From Candidatus Moraniibacteriota bacterium (lineage in GTDB: Bacteria > Patescibacteriota > Minisyncoccia > Moranbacterales > UBA1568), in the NCBI GenBank assembly GCA_030648835.1, contig JAUSGT010000002.1, positions 200,081 to 264,080 of the forward strand: 64,000 nucleotides of DNA. The letters are read 5' to 3'. The translations under genes and the position numbers were made by a program. Below are positions 20,308 through 30,173 of the stretch, one piece after another. The first letter of the stretch is position 1, and each line of letters starts with the position of its first letter. The notes beneath the pieces were generated by a model, which was not told where the DNA came from, did no database searches, and worked only from the letters and a program-made list of their open reading frames with translations.

Positions 20308-20967
20308 ATGGGAAATAAAGTCAATCCAACTGGTATCCGTCTCGGTATTACGACCAACTGGCTCTCGCGCTGGTTCGGGAGTAAGAAAACATATCGGCAG
20401 CAACTGCGCAAGGATATAGAGATCCGTGAGCTTATTGTGAACAAATGGAAAGCGGCCGCGATCGCTTCAGTACAGATTGAGCGGAATGGAAGCGCGGTAC
20501 GTCTTATCATTCACACAGCCCGTCCTGGCGTGCTTATTGGTCGTGGTGGTACCGGTATCGAGGATATGGCTCGGGTGATCAAAAAAAGATTCTTTGCCGG
20601 AAAAAAAGTGGATCTCAAAGTGGATATACAGGAAGTGAAGAACCCGGAAACGAATGCGATGTTGGTTGGTCAACAAGTGGCCGAACAATTGGAGAAGCGG
20701 CTGCCGTTTCGGCGCGTGCTGAAAACGATGCTGGATCAGGTGGAAGGGAACAAATCGGTGCAAGGAGTGAAAATAGAAATCTGTGGTCGCTTGGGCGGTG
20801 CTGAAATGTCGCGACGCGAATGGCTGTCTCGCGGAAAAATTCCTCTCCACACGCTGCGAGCCGATATCGATTTTGCCCTTGCGGAAGCGAGAACGACCTA
20901 TGGAGTGATTGGCGTGAAAACGTGGATTTACAAAGGTGAAAAGTTCGAAGAAGCGGAAAAAGAATAA
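20308..20967 (+). CDS. rpsC: 30S ribosomal protein S3
   Basis: [31 protein letters not shown]. Confidence 0.99.
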   Translation: MGNKVNPTGIRLGITTNWLSRWFGSKKTYRQQLRKDIEIRELIVNKWKAAAIASVQIERNGSAVRLIIHTARPGVLIGRGGTGIEDMARVIKKRFFAGKKVDLKVDIQEVKNPETNAMLVGQQVAEQLEKRLPFRRVLKTMLDQVEGNKSVQGVKIEICGRLGGAEMSRREWLSRGKIPLHTLRADIDFALAEARTTYGVIGVKTWIYKGEKFEEAEKE

Positions 20968-20978
20968 CGGAAACATGT

Positions 20979-21389
20979 ATGTTGATGCCCAGAAAAGTAA
21001 AACATCGAAAAATCCATCGCGGAGGTTGGTCCGGAAGTAGCGCGACGCGTGGAGAGAAAGTCAGCTTTGGAAGCTATGGTCTGAAGGCTATGGAAGAAGG
21101 GTTGATTTCCGCTCGCCAGATCGAAGCCGCTCGTCGGGCTATGACGCGTTCCATCCAGCGCGGTGGCAAAGTGTGGATTCGTATATTCCCGGACAAGCCA
21201 ATGACCAAGAAAGGTGAACAGACGCCGATGGGTAAGGGGAAAGGGAGTGTCGATCATTTTGTCGCCAAGGTACGTGCCGGAAAAGTTCTTTTTGAACTGG
21301 ATGGCATCCCGAAGGCCGCCGCGGCTGAAGCGCTCCGTTTGGCTGCGCACAAACTGGCCGTAACGACAAAATTTGTAGTAAGACAATAG
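20979..21389 (+). CDS. rplP: 50S ribosomal protein L16
   Basis: [22 protein letters not shown]. Confidence 0.99.
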   Translation: MLMPRKVKHRKIHRGGWSGSSATRGEKVSFGSYGLKAMEEGLISARQIEAARRAMTRSIQRGGKVWIRIFPDKPMTKKGEQTPMGKGKGSVDHFVAKVRAGKVLFELDGIPKAAAAEALRLAAHKLAVTTKFVVRQ

Positions 21390-21462
21390 GAAGAGTTTAT
21401 AAAGTAGAAAATTCATAAAGTTAAGAAGGTAAAAAGTTTGAAAAATTATAGTGATAGAAGAT

Positions 21463-21666
21463 ATGAAAGCAAGAGAATGGCGAGAAAAATCAAACGGTGA
21501 GCGCGAGAAAGCGCTTCTCGAACAGAGAGATAAGGCCCGCAAGCTGCGGTTTGATTTGGCGACGCGCGAGACCAAAACACATAGTGAATACAGAAAGACC
21601 AAGAAAGATATCGCTCGGCTGATGACACTCGAACAGGAGGCTTCCGTGACTATTGACGCAGTCTAA
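21463..21666 (+). CDS. rpmC: 50S ribosomal protein L29
   Basis: LRFDLA...KKDIARLMT; synteny. Confidence 0.92.
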   Translation: MKAREWREKSNGEREKALLEQRDKARKLRFDLATRETKTHSEYRKTKKDIARLMTLEQEASVTIDAV

Positions 21667-21689
21667 ACATGACATTAAGCAAGCATAGT

Positions 21690-21944
21690 ATGAAAACGAC
21701 AACCGACAAAGTAAATAAAGCACCGAAGTGGAAGGGTGTGGTAGTCAGTAACAAGATGGCCAAAACCATTGTTGTGGCTGTGAGCACTCTGAAGACGCAT
21801 CCGAAATATCTGAAACAGTATCGTTCGACCAAGAGGTACAAGGTGCACGTCGAGGAAGGCACGTATGTTGTGGGTGATACCGTCACCTTTCAGGAGTGCC
21901 GTCCCATTAGTCGCGATAAACGGCACAAGATTGTCACCACATAA
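21690..21944 (+). CDS. rpsQ: 30S ribosomal protein S17
   Basis: GVVVSNKMAKT, HPKY, ECRPISRDK. Confidence 0.97.
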   Translation: MKTTTDKVNKAPKWKGVVVSNKMAKTIVVAVSTLKTHPKYLKQYRSTKRYKVHVEEGTYVVGDTVTFQECRPISRDKRHKIVTT

Positions 21945-21959
21945 GAGAGAACAAGATTT

Positions 21960-22331
21960 ATGATCCAAGCAGAATCCATGCTCGTAGTAGCTGATAACAG
22001 TGGCGCAAAAACCATCAAGTGTTTCAAGGTGCTCGGTGGTACACGCCGCCGGTATGCCGGACTCGGGGATATAGTTGTCGCTTCCGTAAAGTCCGCTCTG
22101 CCACGGGGTATTGTCAAGAAAGGTGAGATAGTGAAAGTTGTGATTGTCCGTCAGCGCAAGGCGTATCGCCGCAAAGATAACTCCTACATTCGTTTTGACG
22201 AAAACGCTGCCGTGATTCTCGATGCCAATAATGTTGATCCCAAGGGTACGCGTATTTTTGGTCCGGTTGCGCGTGAACTGCGTGAAAGGGGATTTGCCAA
22301 AATTGTTTCGCTCGCTCCGGAAGTTTTGTAA
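21960..22331 (+). CDS. rplN: 50S ribosomal protein L14
   Basis: [30 protein letters not shown]. Confidence 0.99.
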   Translation: MIQAESMLVVADNSGAKTIKCFKVLGGTRRRYAGLGDIVVASVKSALPRGIVKKGEIVKVVIVRQRKAYRRKDNSYIRFDENAAVILDANNVDPKGTRIFGPVARELRERGFAKIVSLAPEVL

Positions 22332-22340
22332 AGTATACAT

Positions 22341-22646
22341 ATGAAAATTAAGAAAGGTGATCAGGTGGAAATCATTGCAGGCAAAGACTCCGGGAAACGC
22401 GGAGAAGTGTTACACGTTTTTCCAAGGTTGGAAAAAGTAGTGGTAAAAGGGGCCAACAGCATGAAGCGCCATGTTCGCCCCAAGCGGGATGGAGAAAAAG
22501 GACAACGGATTGAGAAAGAGGCTCCAATCCATGTTTCCAATGTTATGCTCGTTTGCCCTCATACGAATACAGTGACTCGGATCGGTTACAAGATTGAGGG
22601 CGGAGAAAAAGTACGGATAAGCAAGAAGAGCGGTAAAGTTATCTAA
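22341..22646 (+). CDS. rplX: 50S ribosomal protein L24
   Basis: [23 protein letters not shown]. Confidence 0.98.
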   Translation: MKIKKGDQVEIIAGKDSGKRGEVLHVFPRLEKVVVKGANSMKRHVRPKRDGEKGQRIEKEAPIHVSNVMLVCPHTNTVTRIGYKIEGGEKVRISKKSGKVI

Positions 22647-22649
22647 CCT

Positions 22650-23216
22650 ATGAAAATGTCATCGAAGAAACAAATCTATAGCGAGAAAGTCGTTCCGGCT
22701 CTCATGAAGGAACTTGGCATCAAAAATGTGCTGGCTATTCCGCGTGTCGGAAAAGTTGTCGTGAATGTTGGTACGGGCAAGATTTTGAAGGATACGAAGC
22801 GAGTAGACGATGTCATCGCATCTCTTGAGGCAATCACCGGGCAAAAAGTGCTTCAGACCAAGGCGCGCAAGGCGATTGCCGGTTTCAAAACACGAGAGGG
22901 TTTGGAGGTAGGTGCTCGCGTGACACTGCATGGTAAGCGGATGTGGGATTTTCTCGATCGTTTGTTCAATGTGGCGCTGCCTCGCGTACGTGATTTCCAA
23001 GGGATTCCAAAGAGTTCCATTGATCAGAGTGGCAATTGCAACATCGGCATCAAGGAGCACGTGGTTTTCCCGGAAATTGTTCCGGAGAGAGTGCAGAATA
23101 TTTTCAGTTTCCAGGTGAACATTGTCACGACCGCGAAGAACAAGAAGGAAGGTGAAGCGTTGTTCCGTCTCCTTGGTCTGCCCATTTCACAGGATGAATT
23201 TAAACAGGAAAAATAA
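22650..23216 (+). CDS. rplE: 50S ribosomal protein L5
   Basis: [25 protein letters not shown]. Confidence 0.98.
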   Translation: MKMSSKKQIYSEKVVPALMKELGIKNVLAIPRVGKVVVNVGTGKILKDTKRVDDVIASLEAITGQKVLQTKARKAIAGFKTREGLEVGARVTLHGKRMWDFLDRLFNVALPRVRDFQGIPKSSIDQSGNCNIGIKEHVVFPEIVPERVQNIFSFQVNIVTTAKNKKEGEALFRLLGLPISQDEFKQEK

Positions 23217-23233
23217 CCCATTCTCTTACCTAT

Positions 23234-23419
23234 ATGGCAAAAACATCAACTGCGGCGCGCGCACTCAAAACCCCGAAATTTTCGACCCGTATTGTCAGAC
23301 GGTGTTGGAAGTGCGGTCGGAAACGTGGGTATTTGCGTAGATTCGACCTCTGTCGTATCTGTTTCCGTGAACTTGCCAACAAGGGTGAGATTCCGGGAGT
23401 GAAAAAAGCCTCCTGGTAG
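23234..23419 (+). CDS. rpsN: 30S ribosomal protein S14, zinc-binding type
   Basis: CWKC...[13 protein letters not shown]; 61 aa. Confidence 0.98.
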   Translation: MAKTSTAARALKTPKFSTRIVRRCWKCGRKRGYLRRFDLCRICFRELANKGEIPGVKKASW

Positions 23420-23534
23420 TCGAAAAAAGCTCCATGAGCTTCTTCACTTCACTAGCTTGTTAGGAATAACGGCTGATGAGATGAGGAAATTAAGGAGACC
23501 GAAAGTTAACGAAGCTAAAAGCTAGATAAAGAAT

Positions 23535-23939
23535 ATGTTAGATCCAATTGCAGACATGTTGACCAGAATTCGCAACGCGCAGGCCGCTGGCCACACCACG
23601 GTGACTATGCACGCTTCGAAACTCAAATGTACTATTGCCGAGATTCTTCTTCGCGAAGGATTTGTCGCGCGTATGGAAAAACAGATTGATGGTATCCGTG
23701 AAACGTTGTGCATTTGGCTCAAATATACTGTTGTATCACAAACAGAAAGGGCTCCGGCTATTCAAGAGATGACGCGGATCAGCAAGCAGGGGTGTCGTGT
23801 TTATGTGAAAAAAAGTGAAATCAAGAAAGTGAAAAATGGGTACGGTATCGCGATTGTCTCCACCTCAGAGGGGGTGATGACCGGCAAGGAAGCCTATCGC
23901 CGAGGTTTGGGAGGAGAATATATCTGTCGCGTGTGGTAA
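23535..23939 (+). CDS. rpsH: 30S ribosomal protein S8
   Basis: DPIADMLTRIRN, STSEGVM, GGEY. Confidence 0.98.
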   Translation: MLDPIADMLTRIRNAQAAGHTTVTMHASKLKCTIAEILLREGFVARMEKQIDGIRETLCIWLKYTVVSQTERAPAIQEMTRISKQGCRVYVKKSEIKKVKNGYGIAIVSTSEGVMTGKEAYRRGLGGEYICRVW

Positions 23940-23958
23940 AAAATGAACGTCAAGAATT

Positions 23959-24495
23959 ATGAGTAGAATCGGAAAAAAACCAGTCAGTATCCCAGCCGGA
24001 GTAGAAGTGAAACTCTCAGGGAGCGTGATCGCCGTCAAGGGTTCCAAGGGGACACTCCAGTTTTCGCATCGTCGTGAAGTGAAAGTAGCCGTGGAAGAAA
24101 ACACGGTTTTGGTGACGAAAGTGGGAGAGACCAAGAAAGCTCAGGCTATTTGGGGGACAACGACGAAGCTGATTGCCAATATGATCGCCGGAGTGACAAC
24201 TGGTTTTCAGAAACAATTGGAATTGAACGGCGTCGGTTTCCGAATGGCGGTTGCCGGAAAGAAACTGAATATGGCGCTCGGTTTTTCTCACCCGGTAGAA
24301 AAGGTCATTCCGGAGGAGTTGGAAGCAAAAGTGGAAAACAACATCTTGACTATTTCCGGTATTGACAAACAAAAAGTGGGGGAATTCGCCGCGGTTGTGA
24401 GAAAATTGAAACGGGTCGAACCGTACAAGGGGAAAGGGTTCCGCTATGTGGGCGAGATTGTGCGTCGCAAAGAGGGCAAGAAAGCCGCTGCCTAA
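23959..24495 (+). CDS. rplF: 50S ribosomal protein L6
   Basis: MSRIGK, GVGFR, LGFSHP, EPYKGKG. Confidence 0.99.
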   Translation: MSRIGKKPVSIPAGVEVKLSGSVIAVKGSKGTLQFSHRREVKVAVEENTVLVTKVGETKKAQAIWGTTTKLIANMIAGVTTGFQKQLELNGVGFRMAVAGKKLNMALGFSHPVEKVIPEELEAKVENNILTISGIDKQKVGEFAAVVRKLKRVEPYKGKGFRYVGEIVRRKEGKKAAA

Positions 24496-24513
24496 TAAAA
24501 TATTTTTTTGAGT

Positions 24514-24870
24514 ATGTTAAAGCGAGAAATGAAAAAAGTGAAGCGGTTCGAGCGGAAGCGTCGGATTCGCGCCAAAATTATCGGTACGGCAACAGTCCCG
24601 CGTCTGGCAATATTTCGTAGTTTGAGAAATATTTCGGTGCAGGCTATTGATGATAAAGCAGGTAAAACATTGGCGCAAGCGAATTTAGCCGAACTTGGCA
24701 AGAAGGCAAAAAATACGGTTGTTGGGGCAGCTCTTGTGGGGACAACAATTGCCGAGCGTCTAGTGAAACTAAAAGTGGAGAAAGTAGTTTTTGATCGCGC
24801 TGGATATACATATCATGGCAAGGTAAAAGCGCTTGCCGAAGCGGTACGGCAGAGCGGTCTTCTTTCTTAA
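24514..24870 (+). CDS. rplR: 50S ribosomal protein L18
   Basis: PRLAIFRS, VVFDRAGYTYHGKVKALA; start codon uncertain. Confidence 0.97.
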   Translation: MLKREMKKVKRFERKRRIRAKIIGTATVPRLAIFRSLRNISVQAIDDKAGKTLAQANLAELGKKAKNTVVGAALVGTTIAERLVKLKVEKVVFDRAGYTYHGKVKALAEAVRQSGLLS

Positions 24871-24901
24871 GTTACGTTAATCAGCCAGTATTCAAGCATT
24901 T

Positions 24902-25426
24902 ATGGCAAAACCAGGAAAAAGAATGGGTAGACGGGAGAAACCGGAGTACGAACAGAAGCTTCTCAATTTGGCGCGTGTCACACGCGTGGTGAAGGGGGGC
25001 AGACGTTTTCGTTTTCGCGCCACTCTCGTGATCGGTAACCGCAAAGGCAAAGTGGGAGTAGGCGTTGCCAAGGGCTCCGATGTGTCTGACGCTATCCAGA
25101 AAGCTTTTAATGATGCCAAAAAAAATCTTGTCACCATCCAATTGGCCGGTTCGACTATTTCTCATGACATTTCAGCAAAGCTTGGCAGCGCGCGAGTTCT
25201 CCTCAAGCCGGCTTCGGAAGGGCGGGGGATTATTGCCGGCGGAGCGGTGCGCAGCGTGGTTCATCTCTTGGGAGTGAAAGATATTGTTTCCAAATCTTTG
25301 GGGGCTTCCAACCCGCTCAATGTCGCTCGGGTTACCGTGAAGGCGCTTCTCAAATTGAAGGCACCACGGGAAAAAATAACCAATAACCAAGAACCAATAA
25401 TCAAAGAAGAATCAAAAAAATCTTAA
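24902..25426 (+). CDS. rpsE: 30S ribosomal protein S5
   Basis: RVTRVVKGGRRF, IAGGAVR. Confidence 0.99.
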   Translation: MAKPGKRMGRREKPEYEQKLLNLARVTRVVKGGRRFRFRATLVIGNRKGKVGVGVAKGSDVSDAIQKAFNDAKKNLVTIQLAGSTISHDISAKLGSARVLLKPASEGRGIIAGGAVRSVVHLLGVKDIVSKSLGASNPLNVARVTVKALLKLKAPREKITNNQEPIIKEESKKS

Positions 25427-25452
25427 GTTATAGGTTATAAGTTACGTATATT

Positions 25453-25878
25453 ATGCAAATTCATCAACTCTCTGTCGCAAAAAAGAAAGAACGCAAGCGT
25501 ATCGGGCGCGGTGGCAAACGTGGCACAACGGCTGGTCGGGGTAGCAACGGCCAAAAATCCCGTTCCGGGGCTTCTGTAGACCCGCTTTTTGAAGGTGGAC
25601 GCTCGACATTTCTGGAACGTTTGAAAAAGGTGCGCGGGTTCAAATCCATTCACGCGAAAAAATGTCTCGTAAATCTGACCGAACTGGACGCGGCGTATAC
25701 AAGTGGCGAAACAATCACTGTCGCTTCACTTATTGAGAAAAAAATAGTCGCGAAAACAGCCCTGCGGCGCGGTATCAAGATTGTAGCGACCGGAGTGCTC
25801 AAGAAAAAGCTTATTTTGGGAGACGGTATTGACGCATCGGAGAAAGCCGGCATTCTCTTTCAGACAATCTCCAAATAA
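25453..25878 (+). CDS. rplO: 50S ribosomal protein L15
   Basis: RIGRGG.RG.TAGRG.NGQKSRSG, FEGG. Confidence 0.96.
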   Translation: MQIHQLSVAKKKERKRIGRGGKRGTTAGRGSNGQKSRSGASVDPLFEGGRSTFLERLKKVRGFKSIHAKKCLVNLTELDAAYTSGETITVASLIEKKIVAKTALRRGIKIVATGVLKKKLILGDGIDASEKAGILFQTISK

Positions 25879-25963
25879 GACTGGCTCTTTCTTTCGGCGG
25901 TTGCTTCTCGGGCGCGTAACAAGGTATACTAGTCCGTGTTAAGGAAACTGATTTTTTTCTGCT

Positions 25964-27235
25964 ATGCGCGAAACTTTTCTGAATATTTTCCGGATAACGG
26001 AGCTCCGTAATAAAATTCTTTTTATCCTGGGGCTGCTCGTTGTCTACCGTATTGCCGCCAATATTCCGCTTCCGGGAGTGGATGTTTTGGCTTTGAAGCG
26101 GCTTTTTGAGGATAACGCTTTTCTGGGGCTTCTCAACGTTTTTTCCGGCGGTGGGCTTTCCAATATTTCCATTGTTCTTCTCGGTGTTGCGCCGTATATT
26201 ACGGCTTCGATTATTATGCAACTTATGACGACAATCGTTCCGAGTTTGGAACGACTCTATAAGGAAGAAGGTGAAATTGGTCGGCAAAAATTCAATATGT
26301 GGACGCGTTGGATCACCGTGCCCCTCGCTGCTTTGCAGTCTTTTAGTATGCTTTCTCTCCTCCGTTCCCAACAGATCTTGGGTGATATTACACCGTTCAA
26401 TATGGCGGTGATCATCGTCAGCGCCACGGCCGGAACAGTATTTCTCATGTGGCTTGGCGAACTGATTACAGAGAAAGGCCTCGGTAATGGAGTCTCTATG
26501 ATCATTTTTGCCGGTATCGTATCGAGTTTGCCGACCGATGCCTCGCGTTTTGTAGCCACATGGGAACCATCTCAGGTTTTTACATATATTCTTTTTGCTT
26601 TGGTGGCTGCCGTGACTATCGCCGGAGTAATTTTTGTCAATGAAGGACAGCGGACAGTTCCGGTGGCTTATGCCAAACGCGTACGGGGGGCTCAGGTATA
26701 CGGTGGGTCGGCTACTCACTTGCCGCTTAGGGTCAATCAGGCAGGCGTCATCCCGATCATTTTTGCGGTGTCGCTTATTCTGATTCCGACCATGGTAGCC
26801 AACTTTCTTGCCCAAAGCAGTAATGCAAAAGTAGCGAGCATCGCTCTTTCCGCAAGCGCCTGGTTGCAGGATCAATGGGTATACGGGCTCCTCTATTTTG
26901 CTCTGGTGGTGGTGTTCACCTATTTCTACACAGCCGTTGTTTTCGACCCGGTCAAGATAGCAGAAAATCTTCAGAAGCAAGGAGGCTATATCCCCGGTAT
27001 TCGTCCGGGCAATACCACGGCGGAATATCTCTATCATATTATCAACCGTATCACGTTGGCGGGGGCGTTTTTCTTGGGAGGCATCGCCGTATTGCCGTTT
27101 GTTGTGCAAGGAGTGACCGGTATTCAGTCGTTTTCCATCGGAGGTATAAGCATTCTCATCGTCGTTTCCGTGGTGTTGGAGACGATCAAACATGTGCAGA
27201 GTCAGCTGACGATGCGCAGTTACGAAAGTTTTTAA
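25964..27235 (+). CDS. secY: Preprotein translocase subunit SecY
   Basis: LGVAPYITASII, WLGELITEKGLGNGVS, IPGIRPG. Confidence 0.99.
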   Translation: MRETFLNIFRITELRNKILFILGLLVVYRIAANIPLPGVDVLALKRLFEDNAFLGLLNVFSGGGLSNISIVLLGVAPYITASIIMQLMTTIVPSLERLYKEEGEIGRQKFNMWTRWITVPLAALQSFSMLSLLRSQQILGDITPFNMAVIIVSATAGTVFLMWLGELITEKGLGNGVSMIIFAGIVSSLPTDASRFVATWEPSQVFTYILFALVAAVTIAGVIFVNEGQRTVPVAYAKRVRGAQVYGGSATHLPLRVNQAGVIPIIFAVSLILIPTMVANFLAQSSNAKVASIALSASAWLQDQWVYGLLYFALVVVFTYFYTAVVFDPVKIAENLQKQGGYIPGIRPGNTTAEYLYHIINRITLAGAFFLGGIAVLPFVVQGVTGIQSFSIGGISILIVVSVVLETIKHVQSQLTMRSYESF

Positions 27236-27265
27236 CGCAAGCTAAAAAATAAAAACTTCAACGTG

Positions 27266-27928
27266 ATGATGACACCAAAGAATTATATTTTACTGGGACC
27301 TCCGGGCAGCGGCAAGAGTACTCAGGCAGAGCTTTTGAGAGAAGTGCTGAATCTCCGGCATATCGATATTGGTTCGGAACTTCGAGCGGTCGCGGAAGAG
27401 GATACGCCGTTTGGACGCGCGCTCAATGATATTATTCATCGTCAGCATATGTTGGCTTCGGATGATATTATGAAGACTGTTTTTGAGCAGGCCATTCGGC
27501 GCGTTCCTGAAACGCAGGGTATATTGCTTGATGGCGCGCCGCGGCGCAGTTCCCAAATCGATGAGGTCCTGCAGGTGTTTCAGTCGGTAAATCGCTCCGT
27601 CAGTAAGGTTATTTTTATTGATCTTCCCGAGGCAGAATCTATCAGTCGTATTTCCAAACGTTATCTGTGTTTTGGTTGTCGGCGGCCGTATATTCTTGGC
27701 AAGGATCTTTTGACTGCCGATGTCGCCTGTAGCGTCTGTGGAGGAAAAATCGGTCAGCGCAAAGATGATACGACCGAGGGGGTGCGCAAGCGTTTCCAGA
27801 TTTTTCAATCCGAAACGTTGCCGGTTATAGAATATTTTGAAAAAGAAGGTCTGCTGTTACGTATTGACGGTAAGCGGGAAGCTCCGGCAATCTTTCAAGA
27901 TATCCGAGAGAAAATCAATATGGCGTAA
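27266..27928 (+). CDS. adk: Adenylate kinase with Zn lid
   Basis: GPPGSGKST, LDGAPR, CxxC..CxxC lid, RKDD. Confidence 0.93.
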   Translation: MMTPKNYILLGPPGSGKSTQAELLREVLNLRHIDIGSELRAVAEEDTPFGRALNDIIHRQHMLASDDIMKTVFEQAIRRVPETQGILLDGAPRRSSQIDEVLQVFQSVNRSVSKVIFIDLPEAESISRISKRYLCFGCRRPYILGKDLLTADVACSVCGGKIGQRKDDTTEGVRKRFQIFQSETLPVIEYFEKEGLLLRIDGKREAPAIFQDIREKINMA

Positions 27929-27933
27929 GCTTT

Positions 27934-28707
27934 ATGATTGTGACTCTCACTAAAACAGAGGAGGAGATAGCGCGGCTCAAGGAGTCGGGGAAACGTTTGG
28001 CCCACGTGCTCGAAAAAGTGACGGCAATGGTTGCTCCGGGACTGTCAACCAAGGATATTGATGTTTTGAGTGAGCGGCTTATCCGCGAATCCGGCGGCAT
28101 CCCTATTTTCAAAGGGTATGGCGGCGGTTCAGGCCGGCCGTTTCCGGCGACACTCTGCACATCGCTCAATGAGGAAGTAGTGCACGGTATTCCCAACGCA
28201 GAAAGAAAAATACGGACCGGAGATTTGCTGAAATTGGATATTGGTATGCGGTTTGAAGGAATGGTGACCGATATGGCGCGGACCGTCCGAGTGGGGGAGG
28301 TAACTCCAGATGTGGAAAAACTCGCGGCTGTGACGGAAGAGAGTCTCAAACGCGGTATTGTGGAGCTTCGTCCGGGAGCGCGTATCTCGGCGTATGCCAG
28401 GGCTGTGCAGAGTTATGTTGAAGAAAACGGTTTTTCGGTCGTGCGTGATTTGGTCGGCCATGGTGTCGGCCACGAACTTCATGAAGAGCCTCAGATCCCC
28501 AATTACGTTTCTCGGGAAATGGATGACTTCGTCGTAAAGAAAGGGATGACACTGGCCCTCGAACCGATGGTTAATATGGGAACCTTTGCCGTAAAGATTG
28601 CCCGCGATGGCTGGACTTTTGTGACAGTCGATGGGAAGTGGAGCGCTCACTGCGAGGATACCGTCGTGATCACGGAAAACGGAGCGGAAGTCGTAACGCG
28701 TGTTTAG
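27934..28707 (+). CDS. map: Methionine aminopeptidase type I
   Basis: SLNEEVVHGIP, GHGVG..LHEEP, ALEPMV, SAHCEDT. Confidence 0.98.
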   Translation: MIVTLTKTEEEIARLKESGKRLAHVLEKVTAMVAPGLSTKDIDVLSERLIRESGGIPIFKGYGGGSGRPFPATLCTSLNEEVVHGIPNAERKIRTGDLLKLDIGMRFEGMVTDMARTVRVGEVTPDVEKLAAVTEESLKRGIVELRPGARISAYARAVQSYVEENGFSVVRDLVGHGVGHELHEEPQIPNYVSREMDDFVVKKGMTLALEPMVNMGTFAVKIARDGWTFVTVDGKWSAHCEDTVVITENGAEVVTRV

Positions 28708-28828
28708 TATCGGGTATCTGGTATTACGTATCATGTATAAAGCAGAATATGGATACGTGATACAAAATACATGATACATTATACGAAATCCGTCTAAGAT
28801 GGAAAAATTTTTCTGTAAAAAATCTATT

Positions 28829-29245
28829 ATGGACGAAGATAAATCAAAAAATTTCCTAGGCATTGACTGGGGTTCGGTGAAAGTCGGGATAGCGCTCGGG
28901 CACGCTGAAACAAGGCTAGCGCTCGCTTATGCGACTTTGGAAAATAATAAAGAACTACTGCTTCGTCTGGGTGAAATAATTGCCGCGGAGCATATCGGTA
29001 CGGTGGTGATCGGTATTCCATCGTATATCAACCGTGAAGAAGTGGAATATGAAGGGGAGAAACTCGGGCGCCTGCTAGAGCAACGCTTTTTGGTCTCAGT
29101 GGAGTATCAAAACGAAATGTTTACGACGAAGATGGCTCAGGCCAATCTGATCGAGCGTGGGGAAAAAGGCGTATCTTCGCATGATGACGAAGAAGCCGCA
29201 CGGATTATTCTCCAGGAATGGCTGGAGAGGAAAGACATCCGATAG
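28829..29245 (+). CDS. ruvX: YqgF/RuvX family nuclease
   Basis: LGIDWG..KVGIA, VIGIP, NEMFTT, D..AA.IILQ.WL. Confidence 0.9.
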   Translation: MDEDKSKNFLGIDWGSVKVGIALGHAETRLALAYATLENNKELLLRLGEIIAAEHIGTVVIGIPSYINREEVEYEGEKLGRLLEQRFLVSVEYQNEMFTTKMAQANLIERGEKGVSSHDDEEAARIILQEWLERKDIR

Positions 29246-29352
29246 TGGAGGTGTTTTTTGTTGTCAAGCGACGCGGGCGGGGTGTGGAACTTCCTTTTTT
29301 GTGTTAGAATACAGGCATAATATATGAGGGTACTTTTGTCCCGATTTTTTCT

Positions 29353-30126
29353 ATGGAACAGCCTTTTTTATCGGTGGTTATCCCTGCGTATAAGGAAGGG
29401 GATCGTATTGGACGCAATTTACTGGAAATAGATCAGTATCTCAAGGGAAAGAATTATACGTATGAGATTGTCGTTGTTGTGGACGGCTCTCCGGACAATA
29501 CCGCAGAAGTGGCTCGCAATTATGCCCTGCAGGTTCCGCATGTGCGTGTCATCGACAATAAGGAAAATTATGGCAAGGGGTACGTCGTGCGCCAAGGACT
29601 GCTGGAGGCCAAAGGAAGATGGCGTCTGTTTCTTGATGCCGACGGGTCTACTTCCATCACGCATTTGGATTCGTTTTCCACTCAATTTGAAGCCGGATAC
29701 GACGTGATTATTGGTTCGCGTAAGATCGAGGGCGCTTTTATTCAGGTTCATCAGCCGAAGTATCGCGAAATTATGGGAGAGGGAGGGAACTGGCTCATTC
29801 GCATCGTTTTGGGATTATGGAGTTATCCGGACACACAATGCGGCTTCAAGATCCTTTCTGATACCGCTGCCAAAGAAATAGCCAGTCGCATGGTGGTAGA
29901 TCGCTTTGGTTTTGATTTTGAGCTTATTATTCTTGCCATCAAACTTGGTTTCAAGGTGAAACAGATGCCGGTGCGCTGGATGAATGAAGAAGGATCGACC
30001 GTGAAACTGACGGGATCGAACGGATTTATTCAAGTGCTTATCGATTTGTTCAAAACAAAGTGGCGCTTTTTTACCGGAGCGTACCATATTGGCGAATACA
30101 CGAAAAAGAAAGCCATCATCGTTTAA
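29353..30126 (+). CDS. GT2 glycosyltransferase (dolichyl-phosphate beta-glucosyltransferase-like)
   Basis: SVVIPAYKE, VDGSPD, GKG, FLDAD, DTQCGFK, FDFE. Confidence 0.92.
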   Translation: MEQPFLSVVIPAYKEGDRIGRNLLEIDQYLKGKNYTYEIVVVVDGSPDNTAEVARNYALQVPHVRVIDNKENYGKGYVVRQGLLEAKGRWRLFLDADGSTSITHLDSFSTQFEAGYDVIIGSRKIEGAFIQVHQPKYREIMGEGGNWLIRIVLGLWSYPDTQCGFKILSDTAAKEIASRMVVDRFGFDFELIILAIKLGFKVKQMPVRWMNEEGSTVKLTGSNGFIQVLIDLFKTKWRFFTGAYHIGEYTKKKAIIV

Positions 30127-30173
30127 AATAAAAGGCCGAAAGAAAAAGAGGACAAAAACAAATTTTAAAACAC

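Noticed and set aside
23473-23510. Hammerhead ribozyme (CTGATGAG...CGAAA)
   Set aside because: No stem II pairing between the core motifs, and no stems I/III or cleavage triplet could be built
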